A DNA stretch of 43,868 nucleotides from an uncultured Bacilli bacterium (GCA_944372025.1 CALVYE010000001.1:1-43868); one strand, 5' to 3'; shown: positions 25,940-36,455, counted from the first letter of the stretch. The notes: generated by a model not told the origin, from the sequence alone. Program-made: numbers and translations.

Positions 25940-26890
25940 TTATCCAAGGAAAACATAAATATAGTACATAATGAAGATTCCCAGCATAATAATGGATTCC
26001 CTACGAGTTATTTCTTTTTCACTTCGTGCAAAGAGATATAGTAAATATGAGGATAAAAATACTATTAAAATATCTATAAGACCAAAACCCGTTAAATGTA
26101 AATCTCCGTATATTGCTACAGGTAATCCTAAAACAATACATATATTAAAAATATTTGTTCCAATAATATTACCTATTGCGATATCAAATTCCCCTTTTTT
26201 CGCACTTGTAACCGTCATAAAAAGCTCAGGAAGACTTGTCCCAATAACAATTGTAGTCATAGTAATTATCTTTTCACTTATACCAAACATTGAAGCAATT
26301 TTGGTCGCACTATTTACAATTAAATCACTACTAAAAATAATCATTATAATAGAAACAATTAATAATATAATTGAAATGAAGATATTATATTTTGGAGAAT
26401 CGACTTCTGTATTACTTCTTTTATTTAAGAATAAATGTACCAAATAAAATACAAATAATGAGAAGACAAGTATTAAAATTATACCATCAGCTTTTGAAAA
26501 AACATCATCCGTTTTGGGATTAAAAAGACTATCCAACATTAATACGGAAAAAATTGCAGTTATAATTACCAAAATGGGAAGTTCTTTTTTAATAGTGTTA
26601 TGTTTAATTTTGATAGGTTTTATAATAGAAGCAATTCCTATTATTAAAAATACATTAACAATGCAACTACCAATAATATTTGAAAACGCTATTGAACCAT
26701 TTGATGTGGATACACTTTGAATAGATATAGCTATTTCAGGCGCACAAGTACCAAAGGAAACTATAGTAAGGGCGATTAACATTTTAGGTACTTTAAATTT
26801 AATTGCTAAAGAACTGGCGGCATCAACTAATAAATCAGAGAAAAATATAATAACTACAAATCCTAATAATAAATATATAAAGTTAGCCAT
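25940..26890 (-). CDS. Ca2+/Na+ antiporter (CaCA / YrbG family)
   Basis: Two alpha-repeat motifs, 'GTCAPEIAIS' and 'GTSLPELFMT', and about 10 TM helices. Confidence 0.85.
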   Translation of the reverse strand: MANFIYLLLGFVVIIFFSDLLVDAASSLAIKFKVPKMLIALTIVSFGTCAPEIAISIQSVSTSNGSIAFSNIIGSCIVNVFLIIGIASIIKPIKIKHNTIKKELPILVIITAIFSVLMLDSLFNPKTDDVFSKADGIILILVFSLFVFYLVHLFLNKRSNTEVDSPKYNIFISIILLIVSIIMIIFSSDLIVNSATKIASMFGISEKIITMTTIVIGTSLPELFMTVTSAKKGEFDIAIGNIIGTNIFNICIVLGLPVAIYGDLHLTGFGLIDILIVFLSSYLLYLFARSEKEITRRESIIMLGIFIMYYIYVFLG

Positions 26891-26972
26891 ACTTTTATCT
26901 CCCTTATATCATAATTATTATATAATAATATTTTGTTTCATTATTTAGTTTGTATCATAATCTTATATTTAT

Positions 26973-26998
26973 GAAAAAGAAGCTATTACTTAGCTTCT
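26973..26998 (-). terminator. rho-independent terminator after ezrA
   Basis: 8-bp stem agaagcta/tagcttct, with the stop codon in the 5-nt loop and a TTTTTC tail. Confidence 0.55.
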
Positions 26999-28713
26999 TC
27001 TAAAAGTCTATTGTATATTCCGGGTTCAACCTCTTCTATATTGTCTATCGAAATTTCTAAAGCTTTTTTGTAATCACCTTTATAAAATAATCTTTCAGCC
27101 ATTTTAAGACCTTCATCGATATTTTTTTCTCCAACTCTATATCTATTTCCATATACTATTGCCATTTCGGCAAGTCTAGCAGTTTTAACCATTTCATTAG
27201 TTGTACTGTAAAGTTTTAACACTAAGTCTCTAGCAGTATCAACTCTAACATTTAGTGTATTTATATTTATAGGTTTCTTTTGAAGCTCAGTGATGACTTC
27301 CTTAATTGAATCATTAGCCTCTCCTAATTCTATAAAATAATTATTAGTTATAATTGGAAGCCTATATTCTTTGATTTTATATTTAGCTTCTTTTAGAATT
27401 GATTTGATTTCTTTTAATTGGTCACGAGCTCTAAGTTCATCATCTTTCATAGTTCCTAAAGTTTCAAGACAATAATCTAATCTATCTTCAATTTTAGAAG
27501 CTTTTATATTTAAAATATCGATTTCTTTATTTAATTTTGAATAAGCAAAAGTCTTATTGTTACTATGCATCATCAAAGTATCATAATCTTTATGAACTAA
27601 CTCTAAATCTTTATTTATAGTATTTAAAACATCTAATTCTTCTGCTGTTAAATCATAACTAACTTTTAAGTCATCTAGTTGTAAGTATAAGTCACCCATA
27701 ATTTTTTCAAGTTTTTTAATTTTAGAGATAACTACTTTACATGTATCATCAAAAACTTTTCTACTACGTTTTTCTAAATCGAAATCATTCATAACAGAGT
27801 CAAAATATTCAACCATGGTTTTAAGTTCTAAAATACTATCTTCGATATTAAGAATTTTGGCTCTATCGAATATATTAAGAATTTTCTTTTCTATTTCTGC
27901 AATATTATATTCAATATTTAAATAGTCTAATTGGAATCCATCGTTTACAAGTTTTTCATACAATTTATTAGTTTCTTCAATTCTAGCAGGTATTAAATTT
28001 CTACCCATTAGTACAATTGTTGGAACTTCTTCAATTACAACTGAAATATTTTTTATCATTTCATCTAAAGAATCTACTAATTTTTCAACTTCATCATATT
28101 CATTTTCTTCCAAAAGGGTCTCAAAATCTTTAAAACGTTTTTCAATATTTTCCATTTGTAACTCTATAGAATCTGTTATTTCACCATAATCAGGTTTATT
28201 TTTATTAAATTTTTGAATAACTTCTCTATATTGTGCTTTTAACTTTGTAATATAATCTCTATTTCTAGCTTCACTAGAAGTTATTAGCTGCATTTCATCT
28301 AATAAAAAATCGGCTTTTTTCTTTGATTTAAATATTTCAATTTCAATCGTAGTTATTTTTCTTACGGTAAGTTTATATTGTTTTTTTTCAAGTAAAGAAT
28401 CTATTTCAAGAATCATATCTGTAATATGAGGGATAGTTTTATCTTTTAAAATATTAATTTCTCTATTCCAGTTATTGTATCTGTCTGTCATTCTTTCATT
28501 TTTAACTAAGTTTTGAACTTTAGATAATTCAGTTAAAACAGGTGCATTTACAATCATATTTTTTTCTATTTCTAATTCTTCAATGTGTTTTTTTAATTTG
28601 CTTATTTTCTTATTTTTAAGCACAATGAAAATTATACTTAAAAATGTAAGTACTACAACGACAATAGCCCAAATTAATGTAGTTGAATTTACAAATTTTT
28701 CCAAACTAACCAC
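26986..28713 (-). CDS. ezrA: septation ring formation regulator EzrA
   Basis: N-terminal TM anchor, then a long coiled coil. The C-terminal 'IVYGNRYRVGEKNIDEGLKMAERLFYKGDYKKALE...EPG' matches the conserved EzrA tail (B. subtilis 'IQFGNRYR...AERRFY..DY'). Confidence 0.85.
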   Translation of the reverse strand: MVSLEKFVNSTTLIWAIVVVVLTFLSIIFIVLKNKKISKLKKHIEELEIEKNMIVNAPVLTELSKVQNLVKNERMTDRYNNWNREINILKDKTIPHITDMILEIDSLLEKKQYKLTVRKITTIEIEIFKSKKKADFLLDEMQLITSSEARNRDYITKLKAQYREVIQKFNKNKPDYGEITDSIELQMENIEKRFKDFETLLEENEYDEVEKLVDSLDEMIKNISVVIEEVPTIVLMGRNLIPARIEETNKLYEKLVNDGFQLDYLNIEYNIAEIEKKILNIFDRAKILNIEDSILELKTMVEYFDSVMNDFDLEKRSRKVFDDTCKVVISKIKKLEKIMGDLYLQLDDLKVSYDLTAEELDVLNTINKDLELVHKDYDTLMMHSNNKTFAYSKLNKEIDILNIKASKIEDRLDYCLETLGTMKDDELRARDQLKEIKSILKEAKYKIKEYRLPIITNNYFIELGEANDSIKEVITELQKKPININTLNVRVDTARDLVLKLYSTTNEMVKTARLAEMAIVYGNRYRVGEKNIDEGLKMAERLFYKGDYKKALEISIDNIEEVEPGIYNRLLEEAK

Positions 28714-28877
28714 CTCTAGCTTTAGTCAATTCTTATTTTACCACATTTTTAGATTTTTTTTTACATTTTTTTATAATTATTATTTAAATATACTCACTAT
28801 TGTAAATATATTAAATAAAAATAATAAAAGTATAAAAATTATACATTTATTATTTTTAAAAACTAAATATTTAACTA

Positions 28878-29981
28878 TTATTTTATTAAACTTTTTTCTT
28901 TTTTATCTTTTAGTTGTCTTATAATTTTTTCCTTACCATTTATTAAATTAGAGATAGATTGTTTCTTATTTAAAGTATTTATATATTTTGCAAGTAATCT
29001 AGAACAGTCTACTTGTTTAATCCATTCTTCTTTTTTATATTCATCTTTCATATATGTAAGATTAGTAGTGTAAAGTTTATTAAATATTCCTTTTCTATAT
29101 GAATCTTCAAACTCTTCGATTCCATTCGTAAAGAGTGAAAATGTGGCAGCTAAATAAACGTTTTTTGCGCCTCTATTTTTAAGTTCTCTAGCAACTTCAA
29201 GCATAGAACCACCAGAAGCAATCATATCATCGACTATCATAACATTAAGGCCAGCTACATCCTTACCAAGATATTCATGGGCAACTACAGGATTTTTACC
29301 ATTTACTAATTTTGATAAATCACGTCTTTTGTAAAACATCCCGACATCGGTTTTTAACATATCTGCAAAATAACGTGCTCTATCCATTGCTCCTGTATCG
29401 GGACTAATTATTAACAGTTTTTCAAAATCAATATCCTCATTTTCTATAAAACTACTTAAGATTGTATTTGTGGGATATATATTTTCAAAAGGTAAATATG
29501 GAATCGCATTTTGTACATTAGGATCATGAGCATCAAAAGTTATTACTTCTTTTACTCCATATAATTTTAATTCTTGAAGAGCCATCGCACAATCTAATGA
29601 TTCTCTTCCCTTTCTCCTATGTTGTCTAGATTCATATAAAAGAGGCATCGCTACTGCGATAGATAATGCATGTCCCATAATCGCGCCAATAACTCTCTTT
29701 ATGTCTTGAAAATGATCATCAGGTGACATATGATTTTCTATACCATGCATCATATATGTACAACTATAATTTCCAATATCCGAAATTATATATACGTCTT
29801 TCCCCCTTATAGTTTCTAAAAGCTTCGCTTTTGCTTCTCCATTGCTAAATCTAGATACATCCACAGGAACAATATAATTTTTGTCTTCATTTCTCATCTG
29901 ATTTAAATGTTTATTTACTTCTTTTCCAAAATCTTTACAATTATCTAATACAATTAAAGCTAAATCATTATTTAAATTCAT
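28878..29981 (-). CDS. prs: ribose-phosphate pyrophosphokinase (long form, 367 aa)
   Basis: 'RFSNGEAKAKLLETIRGKDVYII' and the PRPP-binding loop 'MIVDDMIASGGSMLE'. About 50 aa longer than classical class I Prs. Confidence 0.8.
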   Translation of the reverse strand: MNLNNDLALIVLDNCKDFGKEVNKHLNQMRNEDKNYIVPVDVSRFSNGEAKAKLLETIRGKDVYIISDIGNYSCTYMMHGIENHMSPDDHFQDIKRVIGAIMGHALSIAVAMPLLYESRQHRRKGRESLDCAMALQELKLYGVKEVITFDAHDPNVQNAIPYLPFENIYPTNTILSSFIENEDIDFEKLLIISPDTGAMDRARYFADMLKTDVGMFYKRRDLSKLVNGKNPVVAHEYLGKDVAGLNVMIVDDMIASGGSMLEVARELKNRGAKNVYLAATFSLFTNGIEEFEDSYRKGIFNKLYTTNLTYMKDEYKKEEWIKQVDCSRLLAKYINTLNKKQSISNLINGKEKIIRQLKDKKEKSLIK

Positions 29982-30023
29982 AATTCCTCCATTTATTCTA
30001 CATATTTCTTATAAAAATACAAT

Positions 30024-30053
30024 AAAAAGAAGTCAAAGATTTTACTTGACTCC
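30024..30053 (-). terminator. rho-independent terminator after efp
   Basis: Stem agtcaa/ttgact (30032-30037 / 30047-30052) followed on the minus strand by CTTTTTATT. Confidence 0.5.
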
Positions 30054-30054
30054 T

Positions 30055-30612
30055 TTATTTTCTAGATACATATTTACCATCTTTTGTCGATACAATAATT
30101 TCTTCTCCTTGTTCGATGAAAAGAGGTACTCTAAGTTGTAGTCCTGTTTCTATTTCGGCATCTTTTTGAGCATTGTTAGATGTGTTACCTTTAACAGCAG
30201 GTTCAGTTTTAGTAACAACATAATCAATTTTTTCAGGTAAATTAATTCCTAACATTTCACCTTCATAGAAAACGATATCTACCATTAAATTTTCTTTTAA
30301 ATATTTTACTTCATCTGCGATTTGTGCTTTATTAAGTTCGATTTGATCGTAAGTATTCATATCCATAAAGTGATATGTATCCCCATCTGCATATAAAAAT
30401 TGCATATTTTTCTTACTTACCATTGCTTTTTCTACTTTAACACTTGAATTAAATGTAATTTCTATAATCGCACCTGTTCTTAAATTTTTTAATTTGGTTT
30501 TAACGAAAGCTGCACCTTTTCCAGGCTTAACATGTTGATAGTCCATAACTTGATACAAATTACCTTCGTAAGTGATTGTCATTCCTGTCTTAAAATCGTT
30601 AACACCTATCAT
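30055..30612 (-). CDS. efp: elongation factor P
   Basis: 'GMTITYEGNLYQV.DYQHVKPGKGAAFVKTKLKNLRTG', including the conserved modified-Lys loop PGKG. 185 aa. Confidence 0.95.
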   Translation of the reverse strand: MIGVNDFKTGMTITYEGNLYQVMDYQHVKPGKGAAFVKTKLKNLRTGAIIEITFNSSVKVEKAMVSKKNMQFLYADGDTYHFMDMNTYDQIELNKAQIADEVKYLKENLMVDIVFYEGEMLGINLPEKIDYVVTKTEPAVKGNTSNNAQKDAEIETGLQLRVPLFIEQGEEIIVSTKDGKYVSRK

Positions 30613-30630
30613 AATTTTTCCTCCTCACTA

Positions 30631-30659
30631 CAAAAAATAAGCTTAAATTAGGCTTATTT
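30631..30659 (-). terminator. rho-independent terminator after rpmG
   Basis: 8-bp stem aaataagc/gcttattt with a 9-nt loop and a T-rich tail. The stop codon is in the stem. Confidence 0.5.
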
Positions 30660-30818
30660 ATCTTCTTTATGTGCCGTATGTTTTTGGCATCTTGGACAAT
30701 ATTTATTAATTTCTAAACGTTCTGGATTATTTTTCTTATTTTTACTTACTCTATAATTTTGTTCTTTACATACTGTACATGATAATGTAACTTGGTTTCT
30801 GTTTCCTACTTTTGCCAT
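30654..30818 (-). CDS. rpmG: 50S ribosomal protein L33 (Zn-ribbon C+ form)
   Basis: '[52 protein letters not shown]'. I placed the start after GAGGAGG; the longer ORF-track start lacks an SD. Confidence 0.9.
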   Translation of the reverse strand: MAKVGNRNQVTLSCTVCKEQNYRVSKNKKNNPERLEINKYCPRCQKHTAHKEDK

Positions 30819-30886
30819 TTCGATAACCTCCTCGTCTTTCAAATACTTAAACATTATATCAAATAAATTATATCTTGTAAATTAAT

Positions 30887-32146
30887 TTATTGCTTTTTAT
30901 TATCTATTATTGTTTGAATTGCCTTTAAAACTCCTATTTTTCCATATTCATAGGTAAGTCCTCCTTGCATGTATGCAATATATGGTTCCCTTATTGGACC
31001 ATCACATGATAATTCTATCGAAGAACCTTGTGTAAATGTTCCTGCTGCCATTATTACTTCATCATCATAACCTGGCATATCCCAAGGTTCTGGTACAACA
31101 TAAGAATCGATTGGCGAACCTTTTTGAATACCTTTTACATAGCTAATTAAATCTTCTTTATTACCAAACTCGATATTTTGTACGATATCTACTCTTTCTT
31201 CATTATATTTAGGTTCTACTTTGTAACCTAGTTTTTCTAAAAGATAACTTGCTAAGATTGCAGTTTTTAAGGAACTTGCAACTACAGATGGTGCCATAAA
31301 CAAACCTTGTAAAATACTTTTATTTATTCCAAGCGTTGGACCTACTTCTCTTCCTTCACCTGGTAAAGTTAGTCTTTCACTAGCCAAATCTACAAGTTCT
31401 TTTTTACCGGCAATATACGCACCATTAGGTGCGATTCCACCACCTAAATTTTTAATTAAAGATCCAACAATTATATCTGCCCCTACTTCTAATGGACTTT
31501 TTGTTCCTACAAACTCACAATAACAGTTATCAATCATTATAATTATATTTGAATCTATACTTTTTATTAAATGAATTACTTTCTCTAACTTTTTGATTGA
31601 CAAGCTTTTACGTGTCGAATATCCTTTCGATCTTTGAATTTCTATTAACTTAACTTTGTTTTGTTTTAAATATTCTTCTATTTTTTTATAATCAAAATCA
31701 TCATTTACTAAATCAATTTGCTCATATTTAATTCCAAATGATTTTAAAGAACTTTTATTTTCTTTAATTCCAATTACTTCGTGAAGTGTATCATATGGAG
31801 TCCCTGTAATACTAAGCATAATATCATTTGGTCTAAGATAAGCAAACAAAGCTACTGTAAGAGCATGACTTCCTGAAATAAATTGACTTCTAACTAAAGC
31901 ATCATCAGCACCTAGGATGTTCGCAAAAACTTTTTCAATAGTGTCTCTTCCAATATCATTATATCCATATCCCGTAGTAGAACCAAAATGAATTTCAGAT
32001 ACTCTATTTTCTTGAAAAGCTTTCATAACTTTAGAACTGTTTATGAAGCAATCATTATCAATCTTTTTAAAAATATTTGTAAGTTCTGTCTCAGCAATGT
32101 CTAATTTGTCTACTAATTCTTTATTTATTCCTAAAGTTTCATACAT
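30887..32146 (-). CDS. YnbB / 'aluminium resistance' family PLP enzyme (Met_gamma_lyase-like)
   Basis: 'HFGSTTGYGYNDIGRDTIEKVFA', 'SGSHALT' and 'GSLIKNLGGGIAPNGAYIAG' are characteristic of this family. I placed the start at MYETLG after GGTGG. It overlaps the SDR stop by 8 nt. Confidence 0.75.
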   Translation of the reverse strand: MYETLGINKELVDKLDIAETELTNIFKKIDNDCFINSSKVMKAFQENRVSEIHFGSTTGYGYNDIGRDTIEKVFANILGADDALVRSQFISGSHALTVALFAYLRPNDIMLSITGTPYDTLHEVIGIKENKSSLKSFGIKYEQIDLVNDDFDYKKIEEYLKQNKVKLIEIQRSKGYSTRKSLSIKKLEKVIHLIKSIDSNIIIMIDNCYCEFVGTKSPLEVGADIIVGSLIKNLGGGIAPNGAYIAGKKELVDLASERLTLPGEGREVGPTLGINKSILQGLFMAPSVVASSLKTAILASYLLEKLGYKVEPKYNEERVDIVQNIEFGNKEDLISYVKGIQKGSPIDSYVVPEPWDMPGYDDEVIMAAGTFTQGSSIELSCDGPIREPYIAYMQGGLTYEYGKIGVLKAIQTIIDNKKQ

Positions 32147-32894
32147 AAAAACCACCGTCTATTCTAATAACTTCATTATTTATATAACTAGCATCATCAC
32201 TTGCTAAAAAGGTAATTACTTTTGCAATCTCACTTGGTTCTGCAAATCTTTTTAAAAGAATCTTATTGTTTTCTTTTTCTATAAAATCTTTATCTAAATT
32301 TTGATTCATATCGGTGTTGACCCATCCAGGCGCAACGGCATTAACATTAATTGTAGGAGCATATTGAACTGCTAAATTATGAGTTAAAGATATTATAGCT
32401 GATTTAGAAGCATCATAATCTAGACTCATAGGATAATATGTATCTATCGCATTTGTAGAAGAAACATTTATGATTTTTCCATAATTATTTTTAAGCATTT
32501 CATCTCCTGCATACTTACTAACTAAAAATGTTCCAATCAAATTAACATCTAAAATTTTTTTGAAATTTTCTTTAGTTTTATCTTCAAATAAAGTATCAAT
32601 TGCGATACCTGCATTATTAACTAATATATCAAGTTTTCCAAATCTATCAATTATTTCATGAATCATATTTTTTACTTCTTCTTCATTATCAATAGATGCT
32701 TTTATAATCATGCATTCAACATTATATTTTTTGATGATTTCTTTTTGTAATTCTAAAGCAATTTCTTTACTATTTTTATAATTTATAACAACATTACATC
32801 CATTTTTAGCAAACTCTTCTACAGTAGCTTTACCAATTCCTCTACTTCCTCCTGTTACAAGAGCAACTTTATTTTTAAAATTCATTAAGTCCAA
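32139..32894 (-). CDS. SDR-family oxidoreductase (FabG-like 3-oxoacyl reductase)
   Basis: 'VALVTGGSRGIGKA', 'NNAG' and catalytic 'YDASKSA'. Confidence 0.8.
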   Translation of the reverse strand: MDLMNFKNKVALVTGGSRGIGKATVEEFAKNGCNVVINYKNSKEIALELQKEIIKKYNVECMIIKASIDNEEEVKNMIHEIIDRFGKLDILVNNAGIAIDTLFEDKTKENFKKILDVNLIGTFLVSKYAGDEMLKNNYGKIINVSSTNAIDTYYPMSLDYDASKSAIISLTHNLAVQYAPTINVNAVAPGWVNTDMNQNLDKDFIEKENNKILLKRFAEPSEIAKVITFLASDDASYINNEVIRIDGGFYV

Positions 32895-32947
32895 CTCCTC
32901 TTTAAAACATCATTATTATACTATATTCTAGATTAAATTACCAATCA

Positions 32948-32976
32948 TAAAAAGAAATGATTAGTCATTTCTTTTA
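32948..32976 (-). terminator. rho-independent terminator after the PBP gene
   Basis: 10-bp arms aaagaaatga (32951-32960) and tcatttcttt (32965-32974) with a 4-nt loop and a T-rich 3' side. Confidence 0.6.
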
Positions 32977-35037
32977 AGGATATAATTCAAAGAATTTATT
33001 AGAAATCCTAGATGATATTCTTTTATTAACATTTGATGAATAGCTGGAATTATTGTAGTTATGGCTTACATTTGGAGACAAAACTACAAAAGACATTTTA
33101 GGGTTATCAGCAGGAGCATATCCAATAAAAGTTTTAGATACTGTCTCTTTATCAATTACGCCATCTCCATCACTGTCATAAAAGGATTCACTTGTTCCTG
33201 TTTTTCCTGCTGGATTAGGAGCATTTCCCATATATCCAACCCCAAGTCCATTGCCATTCATAACCGCTATAAAACCTTCTTTAACACGATTCAAATATTT
33301 TTCTTCAGTATCAATTTTATTTAATACTTTTCTTTCGGTTTTCGATTTTAATTCATCTAAAGTTCCTTCTTTATTTGATACATAAACTTCTTTTAAAAGA
33401 TGAGGCTCTAATCTATCACCACCATTAGCAAGTGTCGTTACGTACTGACTTAATTGAATTGGAGTATATGTATCATATTGTCCTATTACAAAGTCTAAAA
33501 GATGTCCCGCTAAAGTACTAGTACCTTTATACCCTGTACTTTCTACAGGTAAATCTATACCCGTTTCAACTCCTAAACCAAAACTATTATACATATTTCT
33601 ATATATATCAAAAGCTTCTTCGTTAATTTTTAAAGGTTGATTATATTGATAATTTCCTCCACCAACTCTAATAGCTATTTTAAATTGATAAACGTTAGAA
33701 GATTGCGCTAAAGCTTTTATATCATCTAAAGTTCCTAATCTTTTTGACCATGAACATTTTTCAGGGGTATCTTTTATTTTTATACATTCATCTTTAATTT
33801 TTTCGCCGATTTGAAGATTACCTGTGTTATAACCAACTAGCATAGAAGCACCTTTTACTACTGAACCTACAATAACAGGAGAAGTAGTTATACCAGGAGT
33901 ATAGTCATAAACTTTATATTCATTACCTTCTTTTACTACTTGCTTTCCTGCCATTGCAAGAATTTCTCCTGTATTAGGATCTTGAATTACTGCCATACTT
34001 TTATCATAATATTCAGTATTAGGCTCTTGTTTTGTAGCTAAAACTTCTTCGGTTAAAATTTTTTCGAGTTCCTGTTGTAAATTTATATCTATACTTAAAA
34101 CAATATCGTTACCTCTTTTACCTTCTTCTACAAGTTCATAGGAATTATCACTTAAAATTTTATATTTGGGTTTTGTACCTTTTAAAATATCTTCATATTG
34201 GTATTCTAAATAACTTATACCAACTCTATCATTTAAACTATATCCTTTTTTTAAATAGTCATCTTTTAATTCCGCAGGTATCCCTTGTGATTGACTCGAT
34301 ACCTTTCCTAAAATAGTTTTAAATGTATCTCCATATGGATAAGATCTTTCCCAATCAAGTTTAGTATTGAATCCCTTAAGTTCTTCGGCATTCTCACTTA
34401 TGTTTGCATATTCTTGTTCAGTTACATCTTCGTTTTTTATAATTTTTTCATCATATGAATATCCATTATTCATTAAATAATATATATATGCTGTCTCCTT
34501 ATCAAGTTCGGAGAATTCAGCCAATTCTTCTGCAGTTATCCTACTAATTTTTAAATTATATATATCTTTGTCAGATAATTTCCTTTCATTATATTTTGTC
34601 CATTCATTTTCTTTTATTTTTTTTTCAGCTTCTTTTTCATATTTTGCAAGCCAAAACTCTTTAAGATTTGTTTCGCTCAATTTACTGTAATCTATTTCTA
34701 TAATTTCTGCAACTTTATAAGCCAAATCTATTTCTTCTTTAACAGTAGTACCTTTTATTTTTTTATAATATATAGTTTTGACAGGAATATTATCTACAAT
34801 TATATTGTAGTTTCTATCATAAATTCTACCACGTGGCGCACTTGGTCCATCGACAATATTAGTAGCATTTTCTAAGGCAAGTTCGGTATATTTTTCGTTT
34901 TGAATTAATTGTACAGTAAATAATCTAAAAGCTACAATTGAAAAAATACATATTATAATACCAATTAAAATATTAAATCTTTTCTCAATTATTTCTTTTA
35001 TAAACCTAGTCTTTTTAAAATTAAATTTATATTTCAA
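32974..35037 (-). CDS. class B penicillin-binding protein (PBP2-type transpeptidase)
   Basis: N-terminal TM anchor, dimerisation-domain 'PRGRIYDRNYNIIVDN', and transpeptidase motifs SxxK ('GSVVKG'), SxN ('QSSNVY') and KTGT ('GKTGTSE'). Confidence 0.9.
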   Translation of the reverse strand: MKYKFNFKKTRFIKEIIEKRFNILIGIIICIFSIVAFRLFTVQLIQNEKYTELALENATNIVDGPSAPRGRIYDRNYNIIVDNIPVKTIYYKKIKGTTVKEEIDLAYKVAEIIEIDYSKLSETNLKEFWLAKYEKEAEKKIKENEWTKYNERKLSDKDIYNLKISRITAEELAEFSELDKETAYIYYLMNNGYSYDEKIIKNEDVTEQEYANISENAEELKGFNTKLDWERSYPYGDTFKTILGKVSSQSQGIPAELKDDYLKKGYSLNDRVGISYLEYQYEDILKGTKPKYKILSDNSYELVEEGKRGNDIVLSIDINLQQELEKILTEEVLATKQEPNTEYYDKSMAVIQDPNTGEILAMAGKQVVKEGNEYKVYDYTPGITTSPVIVGSVVKGASMLVGYNTGNLQIGEKIKDECIKIKDTPEKCSWSKRLGTLDDIKALAQSSNVYQFKIAIRVGGGNYQYNQPLKINEEAFDIYRNMYNSFGLGVETGIDLPVESTGYKGTSTLAGHLLDFVIGQYDTYTPIQLSQYVTTLANGGDRLEPHLLKEVYVSNKEGTLDELKSKTERKVLNKIDTEEKYLNRVKEGFIAVMNGNGLGVGYMGNAPNPAGKTGTSESFYDSDGDGVIDKETVSKTFIGYAPADNPKMSFVVLSPNVSHNYNNSSYSSNVNKRISSRISNKFFELYP

Positions 35038-35221
35038 GTTATCACCACTTTCCTATAAAGATATTATATATGTTTATTTTGTACATATTTAACGAATTTT
35101 TGCATTTTCTTTTATTTTAGTCATCCTTTAAAAAACATATTATCAAATATTGTTTTATAAATCAAGTTTAAAGATGTAATCAAATAATAATTTGTAACAT
35201 ATAAAATTATAGGTGATGAAA

Positions 35222-35479
35222 ATGTATGATTATTTGATTAATGAATATGTAAATAAACTTAGTGAAAAAGAAATAAAAGATTTTGCTTTTAAACAAGGGA
35301 TTGAATTAACAGAAAGTGAATTAAAAATAATATATAGTACAATTAAAAACCACTGGAGAACTTTTGTACATGGTAATCCAAGACCTATATTAGAAGATCT
35401 TAAAACACAGGTTCGTCCTCTTACTTATAATAAAATGGAAACTCTTTATATTGATGCAAGAAATAAATATTTAAAATAA
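35222..35479 (+). CDS. small hypothetical protein (85 aa), DUF2624-like
   Basis: SD AGGTGA 6 nt upstream of the ATG. A helical small protein starting 'MYDYLINEYVNKLSEKEIKDFA'. The family call is by eye only. Confidence 0.5.
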   Translation: MYDYLINEYVNKLSEKEIKDFAFKQGIELTESELKIIYSTIKNHWRTFVHGNPRPILEDLKTQVRPLTYNKMETLYIDARNKYLK

Positions 35480-35513
35480 TATTTATTTTTTTCTTATTTA
35501 TCACTATGCTCAC

Positions 35514-36368
35514 TTATTTGTTTTCTAACATTATATTGTCATCAACATATTCATATGGTAACAAATTATCTTTACTAATAACAGTTTCATTTAGGTTCTT
35601 TTCAATATCATCACGAGCAACTTTAGCAGCATGTCCACCCATTTTAGCAACTTCTTTGTTTTGTTTTAATCCACACGGTTTATGTTTCTTTGCTAACTCT
35701 CTAGTTGCTATTTCTCCTAAATCAGCTAATGCCACCTCAATATCTGTCATATTATCTCTTAAAGATTCTTTTCGAAGACCCTTATGAACTTTATACTCTT
35801 TGGCAGTCATTCCAGACCATTCCTTATAAATTTCATTAGTAAGAATAGCATATTCAACTTCTTCGGTAACTCCGTTATCTTTCCATATATTAGTTAATTT
35901 TTTTCTATCCTGAATACCCTTAATTCTTTTAATAATCCACTCTTCGTCATAACCTTTAGCACGATATATATCTATTGCTCTTTTAACAGGTATTGATGGA
36001 TCAAATATTTCATCAATTCTCTCACTACCAAGTTTAGCAAGCCATTGTTTTATAGGTTCAGCATTTTTGCTTGGAATAGATTCAATTATTCTAAACATAC
36101 CCTGAATATCACATACATCAGTATTGTAATATTTACCATCAGAAGACTTTAATTTCAGTTGGTGACAAATTGTCACCAACTCATTCCCTTCTTCTTTAAG
36201 ACGTTGTTTTAACTTATTCCAATACTTTCTGCCATCTTTACTTTCAGACACTACACTAACTATATCAATGACACTTATATAATATTTTTCTTTTTCTTTA
36301 TCCCAAATAGTTCTAATTGTTTCATTATTAAATATTTTATTTATTAAATACATTTTATCTTGTTTCAT
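35514..36368 (-). CDS. Bro-N domain / DNA-damage-inducible protein D (DinD)-like protein
   Basis: Bro-N-like N-terminus 'FNNETIRTIWDKEKEKYYISVIDIVSVVSES...YWNKLKQRL', and a DinD-type C-terminal half 'KEYKVHKGLRKESLRDNMTDIEVALADLGEIATRELA'. Confidence 0.7.
   Translation of the reverse strand: MKQDKMYLINKIFNNETIRTIWDKEKEKYYISVIDIVSVVSESKDGRKYWNKLKQRLKEEGNELVTICHQLKLKSSDGKYYNTDVCDIQGMFRIIESIPSKNAEPIKQWLAKLGSERIDEIFDPSIPVKRAIDIYRAKGYDEEWIIKRIKGIQDRKKLTNIWKDNGVTEEVEYAILTNEIYKEWSGMTAKEYKVHKGLRKESLRDNMTDIEVALADLGEIATRELAKKHKPCGLKQNKEVAKMGGHAAKVARDDIEKNLNETVISKDNLLPYEYVDDNIMLENK
36157..36181. repeat. 25-nt perfect palindrome inside the Bro-N/DinD-like CDS
   Basis: AGTTGGTGACAA-A-TTGTCACCAACT, read directly. 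The 12-nt arms are perfect. Confidence 0.9.
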
Positions 36369-36455
36369 ATTTTATCTCATCCTTTCATTTTATATAATTA
36401 TATATAAGTAGAAACTATTCAAAAATTAATTTACAACATTACTTATAAAACAACT

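Noticed and set aside
25971-26720. Plus-strand ORFs (158 aa and 68 aa) opposite the Ca2+/Na+ antiporter gene
   Set aside because: They are antisense to a CDS with clear CaCA alpha-repeat motifs. Hydrophobic genes in AT-rich DNA routinely give long antisense ORFs, and there is no SD.
28714-28877. 164-nt AT-rich gap between prs and ezrA examined for a small RNA, leader or hidden ORF
   Set aside because: Only a weak AT hairpin (gtataa/ttatac) and promoter-like A/T tracts are present. There is no conserved-looking structure and no ORF with an SD.
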